Shown: positions 44,855 through 51,566 of the stretch, in pieces
Layout: each line of letters begins with the position of its first letter
Numbering within the stretch: the stretch's first letter is position 1
Source of the DNA: Thermodesulfovibrionales bacterium
Lineage (GTDB): Bacteria; Nitrospirota; Thermodesulfovibrionia; Thermodesulfovibrionales; JdFR-86
Assembly (NCBI GenBank): GCA_030682405.1
Contig: JAUXOF010000038.1
Location: 1,044-65,043, forward strand
DNA length: 64,000 bases
Direction: 5' to 3'
The notes under the pieces: model-generated
Seen by the model: only the letters and a program-made list of their open reading frames with translations
The model's database searches: none
Told to the model about the DNA's origin: nothing
Position numbers and translations under genes: made by a program

Positions 44855-45022
44855 ATGAAGGGTATCGTGAAAAAACTGGGGGACATCTTCTCGGCGGTCG
44901 CATTTGCCGAAGAGGGCGAGCATGAGACGGCAAGGGAGATTATGAGGGGAGTCGAGCCTGAGAAGAAGGCCGAAAGCCCCGAGCCGCTGGGGGTCGGGGG
45001 CTTTTTAGCAGAGGAGAACTGA
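44855..45022 (+). CDS. 55-aa protein carrying the SAVAFAEEGE motif (below the ORF-track size cutoff)
   Basis: AAAGGAGGTG RBS at 44841-44850. MKGIVKKLGDIFSAVAFAEEGEHETAREIMRGVEPEKKAESPEPLGVGGFLAEEN. The stop overlaps the next ATG (TGATG). Confidence 0.55.
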   Translation: MKGIVKKLGDIFSAVAFAEEGEHETAREIMRGVEPEKKAESPEPLGVGGFLAEEN

Positions 45023-45492
45023 TGGGCAGTTTCGATGACCTGATGTCGGCGGTCACCTTTGCCGAAGAGGGCGAATCAGGGAAGGCGAGGGAGATACTCG
45101 GCGGCAAAAAGACGGTACTCCTTGCCATATCCGACAGGCTGTTGGACAAAAACGCCTTAAAGTATGCCCTTAGCATCTGTAGTCGCCTGAGGGCCAATCT
45201 CGAGATACTTTACGTGACCGAAACAGACAGGGCAAAGACGAGGCTCAAGGAATTCCTCTCCGAGTTCGGCAGTTTCTCTGCCGAACTCAACTGTGTAGTA
45301 AAAGGAGGATGCGTTAAAAAAGCGATTCTCGACCACACCAACGAGAAGCGGGCGATAGAATTCGTCGTCATAGGCTCGACTCCTGAGCTTGAGACAGGAT
45401 GCAGAGCAGACAAAAGGCTCTCGTCGGAATGGGAGAAACTCAGGTGCCCCCTCGTAGTTGTATCCAAGGGGCCACTGCCTGAAGGAGTGTAA
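45022..45492 (+). CDS. USP-like (adenine-nucleotide alpha-hydrolase fold) protein with an N-terminal SAVTFAEEGE motif, no ATP-binding glycine motif
   Basis: MGSFDDLMSAVTFAEEGESGKAREIL is followed by a USP-like core (VLLAISD...LEILYV...FVVIGS...CPLVVV). G-x2-G-x9-G(S/T) is absent. Confidence 0.6.
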   Translation: MGSFDDLMSAVTFAEEGESGKAREILGGKKTVLLAISDRLLDKNALKYALSICSRLRANLEILYVTETDRAKTRLKEFLSEFGSFSAELNCVVKGGCVKKAILDHTNEKRAIEFVVIGSTPELETGCRADKRLSSEWEKLRCPLVVVSKGPLPEGV

Positions 45493-45563
45493 AAATAGGG
45501 ATAGAACAAAGATATTTTTTTTGTGTGCGTTGAAACTTTATAAAGACCTAAAGGAATAACAAA

Positions 45564-46304
45564 ATGTTGACAGAAAATACCATTGACAGAGACGGCCAGC
45601 AGAAACTCTATGTGCAGGTCTACGGCAGCATCAAGGATAAGATAGAGAGATGCCAATGGCCGGTATCCGCACAGATACCGACCGAGGATGAGCTCTGCAT
45701 TACCTACGGTGTCAGCAAGGCCACGGTAAGGATAGCAATCTCCAACCTCGTAAGGGACGGCTACCTCAGGAGGCAGCAGGGCAAGGGAACGTTTGTGGCC
45801 AGTTCCATGCCTCACATGGGGATGGCGATGAGGACGATTTTTACGGAGGACATGTTCGGAGAGGGGGTGAAAGCAAAAAAAGAAGTGCTGGTAAAAGGGA
45901 TAAAAGAGCCGCCTGAGGACATAAAGGAATATCTTAAGGCTAAAGACGATATCTTCTACGTCTTCCTAAAAAGGCTTGTTGACGGCGAGCCCGCATATGT
46001 GGAAGAGTCCTTCATCCCGCTTCAGGTGTTCCCCGGAGTGGCGAGCGAGGACATAAGCCGTGCGTCATTTTATGACCTTATACAGGAAAAAGCGGTCAGA
46101 AAGATATTCAAGGTGGTTCAGACCATAGAGATTACAATGTTGAGGGGCGATATTGCGGCCGTGCTGAAACGGCCGGAAGGCTCGCCGGCGCTGCTTCTGC
46201 ACAGGCTGCTTTTGGGCTCCAACGAAATCCCCATAGCCTATACGAGGCTTACGGGAATCGGCGGAAAGTACAAGATACAGACCGAATTCGAAAGGGTCAA
46301 ATAA
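45564..46304 (+). CDS. GntR-family (HutC-type, UTRA effector domain) transcriptional regulator
   Basis: wHTH IPTEDELCITYGVSKATVRIAISNLVRDGYLRRQQGKGTFV and a ~160-aa C-terminal UTRA-like domain. Confidence 0.85.
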   Translation: MLTENTIDRDGQQKLYVQVYGSIKDKIERCQWPVSAQIPTEDELCITYGVSKATVRIAISNLVRDGYLRRQQGKGTFVASSMPHMGMAMRTIFTEDMFGEGVKAKKEVLVKGIKEPPEDIKEYLKAKDDIFYVFLKRLVDGEPAYVEESFIPLQVFPGVASEDISRASFYDLIQEKAVRKIFKVVQTIEITMLRGDIAAVLKRPEGSPALLLHRLLLGSNEIPIAYTRLTGIGGKYKIQTEFERVK

Positions 46305-46317
46305 CTATACGGAGGTT

Positions 46318-47607
46318 TTGGAAATGAGTTTTCCAAGGAAGGTTTTTGAGTTTCTCAAGGCGTCCTCCGTAGCCCACGCAAAGTGGGACTACGAGGTCTC
46401 GATGTCAATTCTTAAAAACAGGAAGAAGATGCTGATACTCCTTGCCCTGTGCCTGCCCATACTGGCGGTTACGATGCTTGAGGCAGGCGACATGATAGGC
46501 AGCAAAACGGCATATGCCCCGGCGTTCTACTCGACGGGCATATTCCTCGCCTCCATAGCCATAGGGCTTTGCGCCGGCCTGATAACCGGGTGCATCGGGG
46601 CGGGCGGAGGCTTCATAATAACCCCTGCCCTCATGGCGGCAGGCGTCAAGGGAATCCTCGCAGTAGGCACCGACCTCTTCCACATATTCGCAAAGGCGAT
46701 AATGGGCACGTCCGTGCACAAGAAACTCGGCAACGTCTCGGTGAAGCTGGCCGGTGCGTTCCTTGTGGGCTCTGCCGGCGGCACATTCATAGGCGGGGCA
46801 ATCAACAAGGGGCTTTACGATAAGGACCCGCTCCTTAGCGAGGCGTTCATAAGCCTTGTGTATGCGGTGCTCTTAGGCTTTTTAGGGTTTTACGCCCTCG
46901 CCGACTTCCTCAAGTCAAGGAAAGGGAGCGCGGGCGGGGACGCCCACGGCGGGCCTTCCGGCGCGACCGGGCTTTCCATAAAGGTCCAGAATATAAAAAT
47001 CCCGCCCTCAATAACCTTTGACGAGGACTATGTGCCCGGCGGCAAGAAGATATCCGGCGTAATAGTGGCGGCAGGCGGCGTCATCGTCGGCATAATGGCC
47101 GCTATAATGGGCGTGGGCGGAGGGTTCATCACCTTCCCGATGTTCGTCTATGTCTTTGGGGTTTCCTCTATGACCACGGTTGGCACGGACATCCTCCAGA
47201 TAATCTTCACCGCAGGGCTTGCGGCAGTAGCCCAGTACGCAATCTACGGCTATGTCTTTTACAGCCTGGCGATGGGCATGCTCCTCGGCTCCCTGATAGG
47301 CATACAGATCGGCGCCCTCACAACAAAGGTCGTAAAGGGCATCCACATCAGGGGCTTCTATGCAGTTTCAATACTCGCGGGCTTTATAAACAGGGCAGCA
47401 ACCCTTCCAAAGAAGCTCACGGAGCTTGAGGTCATAAACCTCTCCAAACCCCTTGTCAATGGGATTGAGTCCGCAGGCAATGTCATATTCTGGATAGTCG
47501 TCAGTGCATTTGCGGTTTGGGTAATAAGCAAGTTCGTAACCAACATAGGCACATTAAGGGGCGAGGACGAAGCGGCAGCCCCTGTGCTTGCAAAGGAGAA
47601 GGTATAA
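46318..47607 (+). CDS. TauE/SafE (DUF81) family permease, long form
   Basis: GCIGAGGGFIITPALMAAG and MGVGGGFITFPMFVYVFG half-repeats with a long central hydrophilic loop. The ATG at 46324 is an alternative start. Confidence 0.75.
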   Translation: MEMSFPRKVFEFLKASSVAHAKWDYEVSMSILKNRKKMLILLALCLPILAVTMLEAGDMIGSKTAYAPAFYSTGIFLASIAIGLCAGLITGCIGAGGGFIITPALMAAGVKGILAVGTDLFHIFAKAIMGTSVHKKLGNVSVKLAGAFLVGSAGGTFIGGAINKGLYDKDPLLSEAFISLVYAVLLGFLGFYALADFLKSRKGSAGGDAHGGPSGATGLSIKVQNIKIPPSITFDEDYVPGGKKISGVIVAAGGVIVGIMAAIMGVGGGFITFPMFVYVFGVSSMTTVGTDILQIIFTAGLAAVAQYAIYGYVFYSLAMGMLLGSLIGIQIGALTTKVVKGIHIRGFYAVSILAGFINRAATLPKKLTELEVINLSKPLVNGIESAGNVIFWIVVSAFAVWVISKFVTNIGTLRGEDEAAAPVLAKEKV

Positions 47608-47608
47608 C

Positions 47609-48319
47609 ATGCTGATAAAAAACAAAAAAATTTTTAGCCTTGGGATGGTTTTTGCGATAACCTTCCTTGGGGTGCTGGTCCTCATATTCTCGCCGGTCTT
47701 CAAAGGCCAAAACGGCCTTGATTTTGCAGACAACAGCTTCAACAAGCTCTCCAAAGGCTCCTCGTACTTCATCCCCAAGGTGACAAAGGCGGTAAAGGAA
47801 TTCGCCGGAAAGTCGGTATCCGTCACCCTGAAATACGACAAACCCGAGGAGGCGGAGGCCGCGGCCAAGCTCTTCACCACGGCAGGAGCGCAGGCCGAGG
47901 TAAGCGGCGCGGAGCTTAAGGTTCAGGGAGACCTCGGCGCAATCCTTCAGTCCGCGGTCAACGATTCCGACGCAATGTACAAAAACGACGGCAAGACAGT
48001 CGCCGACAGATACGGCATGGACGAGAAGGCCGCAATGAAGAGCTGGTGGACGGCCCTCTCCAAGATGGAAAAGAACATGAAGAAGGAAAAGCTCATCGCG
48101 GAGGGCAAGGTAATCTACGAGGTGAACAAGAAGGCCGTGGAGCCGGGGTACAACTACTACAAAATAGATGCTCAGAATGTGAGCGAACACTCAGGCATGA
48201 TGACCGGGCTGCTCGTCTTCTACGTCGCATACACCATGTGGTGGGGATATGCCATATTCTACCTCTTCGAGGGGGTCGGCCTCACCATGAAGAAGTCAAA
48301 GGTTAAAAAGGAAATATAG
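47609..48319 (+). CDS. Hypothetical bitopic/polytopic membrane protein (partner of the TauE-like permease)
   Basis: AAGGAGAAGG RBS. N-terminal TM (IFSLGMVFAITFLGVLVLIF), a ~150-aa soluble region, and C-terminal TMs (MMTGLLVFYVAYTMWWGYAIFYLF). No family recognised. Confidence 0.6.
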   Translation: MLIKNKKIFSLGMVFAITFLGVLVLIFSPVFKGQNGLDFADNSFNKLSKGSSYFIPKVTKAVKEFAGKSVSVTLKYDKPEEAEAAAKLFTTAGAQAEVSGAELKVQGDLGAILQSAVNDSDAMYKNDGKTVADRYGMDEKAAMKSWWTALSKMEKNMKKEKLIAEGKVIYEVNKKAVEPGYNYYKIDAQNVSEHSGMMTGLLVFYVAYTMWWGYAIFYLFEGVGLTMKKSKVKKEI

Positions 48320-48328
48320 GAGGAGGAT

Positions 48329-48766
48329 ATGAATATATTGGTTCCGGTTGATGGCTCGAAGTGTTCGCTTGAGGGTTTGAAGGTTGCGAGGGATTACGCA
48401 AAAACGAAAGACGCAAACATATACCTGATTAATGTAACACCCTACATTGAGTTTGTTGACCTTGAGATTTCGGCTTCCGAGAGGGAGAAGCTAACACAGA
48501 GCATGGAAAAACGGTCAGACGATATAGTCAACCAGGCTTGTAAGATGCTGTCGGCGCAGGATGTTATCGCGACATGTAAGACTGTTACGGCCTCTGTTTC
48601 CGTGCCCGATGCGATAATAGACTTCGCGGAAAAGGAAAAGATAAACCTCATAATCATCGGCAGTAGAGGCCTGGGCACATCTAAAAAGTTCAGGCTTGGC
48701 AGTATCGCCGCAAAAGTGGTGAGGCATAGCCACTGCGGCGTTTATGTAGTCAAAGAGCCCTGCTAA
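48329..48766 (+). CDS. Universal stress protein (single UspA domain)
   Basis: ILVPVDGS...IIGSRGLGTSKKFRLGS (G-x2-G-x9-GS)...CGVYVV. Confidence 0.85.
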   Translation: MNILVPVDGSKCSLEGLKVARDYAKTKDANIYLINVTPYIEFVDLEISASEREKLTQSMEKRSDDIVNQACKMLSAQDVIATCKTVTASVSVPDAIIDFAEKEKINLIIIGSRGLGTSKKFRLGSIAAKVVRHSHCGVYVVKEPC

Positions 48767-48785
48767 GGCTTATGATTTAAAAAAA

Positions 48786-48813
48786 GGCGGACATGATGTC
48801 CGCCTTTTTTTTT
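48786..48813 (+). terminator. Rho-independent terminator
   Basis: ggcggacat-g-atgtccgcc stem followed by a T9 run. The upstream A-run makes it potentially bidirectional. Confidence 0.8.
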
Positions 48814-48872
48814 AACAGGCGCCCGCATCATTATGTTATGTTAAAATAAAAAAATCTTTAGGGGCTGAAATT

Positions 48873-51128
48873 TTGGAAGAAAAAAAGCTTTCCCTTTCCG
48901 GTCTCAGGCGACTAATAATTCGCCTGATAGAGAGGTTTTGCCCCTTTAATGTGACATTGCTTCAGGTTATGGTCGGCCTTTTTACGGCAGTAATGCTCCT
49001 TGTGGTGCTTATATTAGGCTGGATGTCCTCTACAAAGGTAAAAGAAGTCGTGACCATGGACTTCAATCAACAGCAGTTGGTCCTCGCACAACATGCAGCC
49101 GGACAGATAGAGAACAATCTGAACTCATTGAAAAGGGAGATGTCCCTCCTCAGTCTTTCCCCTTCCGTGCAGTACTCCGAGGCGGTCTTTATGGGCAGCC
49201 GGATGGGGATTGCCTTTTCAAGCATTAAGGACAGCGGCGGACTGGACATAAGGTTCATTGAGGCCGGAAAACCCCTGACCCACATGGTGGATGACCATGG
49301 ATACCGGAGAGCGCGTCCTGCCCCGGAGGATAAATATTATCTTGAGTGGGCAAGGCGGAAAGAAAATAGGGGCAGTACAATAATAAGCGCTGTCTCCCCT
49401 GTGATATATGGAGACGGCAGGCATAAGCTCGCAATGAAGATGGCGCTGCCTGTCTATCAGGTCTCGGTTGACGAGACCCATCGGATGGCAACGAATAAAT
49501 TCTCCGGGGTCCTGATATTCCTCGTAGATGCGACCGGGCTAATAGAGGAAATAACAAAGGGTATAAAGTCGGGCAAGACCGGCTATGCATGGGTCATGGA
49601 TAAAAACGGGATATTCCTTTACCACCCCGAAAGCAAGTTTATAGGCAAAGATGCCTTCACCGCACGCGAGGAAAAAAAGCCCACAATATCCTTTGCGAGG
49701 ATTAATGAGATTCAGAAAGAGATGATGCTGGCCGGAAAAGAGGGCACAAGCTGGTATATTTCAGGATGGCACAAAGGCGTTGAGGGCGAGATGAAGAAGC
49801 TGATTGCCTATACCCCGATTAGCCTCGGTGGTTCATCCGGCCAGCTATGGTCGGTTGCAGTCGTGGCCCCCATAAGCGAAGTGGCAGATGCAGTTCATTC
49901 TATCCAGGTCCGCCAGATTTCGCTTCAGGCTGTCATCATCGCCGTAATTTTATTGGGCGGAATGGCAGTTACATACCTGATTGTTAACTGGTCGGACATG
50001 CTCAGTCAGGAGGTCGAGAAGAAAACCGCAGAAGTCAAAAAGTCCGAGCAGAGGTACATGTCCCTTGTTGAGAATGCAGAGGACGTCATATTCACCGTGG
50101 ATTGCAGCGGAAACTATCTTTCGATAAACAGATATGGCGCACAGTTCCTCGGCAGCACCCCTGATGGTATCATAGGCCGCAACCTATCGGAAGTCCTCTT
50201 ATGGCCCTCCGGCGAGGCGATGCTCATGGCGGTCATGGACGTGTTTGAAAGCAAAAAAGGCAGCCAGATAACACACCCTGTTAAAATAGGCGAGCAGGAG
50301 TACTGGCTTAACACCAACTTCAGGAGGCTCATGGACGGCGAAGGCAACGTCTACGCCGTTCTGGGCATATCGAGGGACATCACGGACAGGAAGAAGATGG
50401 AGGAGAGGAGCTACCATACAGAGAAACTGGCCTCTATGGGCACTCTTGCCGCAGGCGTGGCGCATGAGATAAACAACCCCCTCGGCATCATCCTCGGCTT
50501 TACGGACCTGCTACTGGAGAAAACAGGGCGGGGGACCGAGGAGCACGATATGCTTGAGACGATAGAAAAGCACGGTCTGCGCGCCAAAAGGGTCGTGGAG
50601 AACCTTCTGAGCTTCGCCAGGTACTCGGAATATAAAGAGGAACTCGTCAATATCAACGACAACATAAAGGACGTGCTATCGGTAGTTGAAAACACCCTGC
50701 GTGTGAACAAGATTTTCCTCAAACAGGAGCTTCAGGACGGGCTGCCGCCTGTCGGTGGGTGCGCGGAGGAACTGCAGCAGGTATTCTTCAACATAATAAC
50801 CAACGCGGTCTCAGCCATGAAAAAAGGAGGCGCACTGACGGTTGCGACACGGAGCATAAACGGGCAGCAGGTAGAGGTCAGATTCGCCGACACCGGAGAC
50901 GGCATAAGAAAGGAGCATAGGGACAGGATATTCGACCCGCTGTTCACCACTAAGAAGATAGGCGAGGGGACGGGCCTTGGCCTTTCGGTCTCTTATGGCA
51001 TTATAATGAAGTACGGAGGAACTATCAGTTTTGAGACAAAGACGGAAGATGAATCCTTTGAAACAGGGACGACTTTTATAATAACCCTGCCGGCGGCAAA
51101 AACGCTTACGGATAAGAACGCCGGCTGA
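48873..51128 (+). CDS. Sensor histidine kinase (Cache-type periplasmic domain, PAS, HisKA, HATPase_c)
   Basis: Two TMs around a ~300-aa region with YAWVMDKNGIFLYHP (Cache-like). PAS (SLVENAEDVIFTVD), H-box AGVAHEINNPL, and ATPase DTGDGI..GTGLGL. Confidence 0.85.
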   Translation: MEEKKLSLSGLRRLIIRLIERFCPFNVTLLQVMVGLFTAVMLLVVLILGWMSSTKVKEVVTMDFNQQQLVLAQHAAGQIENNLNSLKREMSLLSLSPSVQYSEAVFMGSRMGIAFSSIKDSGGLDIRFIEAGKPLTHMVDDHGYRRARPAPEDKYYLEWARRKENRGSTIISAVSPVIYGDGRHKLAMKMALPVYQVSVDETHRMATNKFSGVLIFLVDATGLIEEITKGIKSGKTGYAWVMDKNGIFLYHPESKFIGKDAFTAREEKKPTISFARINEIQKEMMLAGKEGTSWYISGWHKGVEGEMKKLIAYTPISLGGSSGQLWSVAVVAPISEVADAVHSIQVRQISLQAVIIAVILLGGMAVTYLIVNWSDMLSQEVEKKTAEVKKSEQRYMSLVENAEDVIFTVDCSGNYLSINRYGAQFLGSTPDGIIGRNLSEVLLWPSGEAMLMAVMDVFESKKGSQITHPVKIGEQEYWLNTNFRRLMDGEGNVYAVLGISRDITDRKKMEERSYHTEKLASMGTLAAGVAHEINNPLGIILGFTDLLLEKTGRGTEEHDMLETIEKHGLRAKRVVENLLSFARYSEYKEELVNINDNIKDVLSVVENTLRVNKIFLKQELQDGLPPVGGCAEELQQVFFNIITNAVSAMKKGGALTVATRSINGQQVEVRFADTGDGIRKEHRDRIFDPLFTTKKIGEGTGLGLSVSYGIIMKYGGTISFETKTEDESFETGTTFIITLPAAKTLTDKNAG

Positions 51129-51143
51129 TAAAAAGGAGAAGGC

Positions 51144-51566
51144 ATGCCTGAGAAACTCTTGATAGTGGACGATGAGCCGGATATGCTGAAGCTTTTGAAC
51201 ATGATTATCAAAGAAAGGACGCCGTATGAAACGCTGACCACAAATAACCCCATTGAGGCGCTCAAGCTGGTCCGGCAGGGAGGGTTCGACCTCGTCATAG
51301 CGGACCTGAAGATGCCCGGGCTTGACGGCATGGAACTACTGGATGCGGTGAGGCTCGCTGATGAGGATATCCCCGTCATCATCATAACCGCATATGGCAC
51401 GGTCGAGGCGGCAATAGAGACTATGCGCAGGGGCGGCTTTGACTTCATATCAAAGCCCTTCAGAAAAGAGCAGATACTCTTCACCATAGACAAGGCCCTG
51501 AAATGGGTCGGCCTCCAGAAGGAAAACAGGATACTGAAGGAGCAGCTTAAGAAACTCAGCGGCTGA
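51144..51566 (+). CDS. Stand-alone receiver-domain response regulator (NtrC-type REC plus linker, no output domain)
   Basis: LIVDDEPD...DLVIADLKMPGLDG...KPF, then the linker LQKENRILKEQL and a stop. The 3' end overlaps the convergent gene by 11 nt. Confidence 0.8.
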   Translation: MPEKLLIVDDEPDMLKLLNMIIKERTPYETLTTNNPIEALKLVRQGGFDLVIADLKMPGLDGMELLDAVRLADEDIPVIIITAYGTVEAAIETMRRGGFDFISKPFRKEQILFTIDKALKWVGLQKENRILKEQLKKLSG

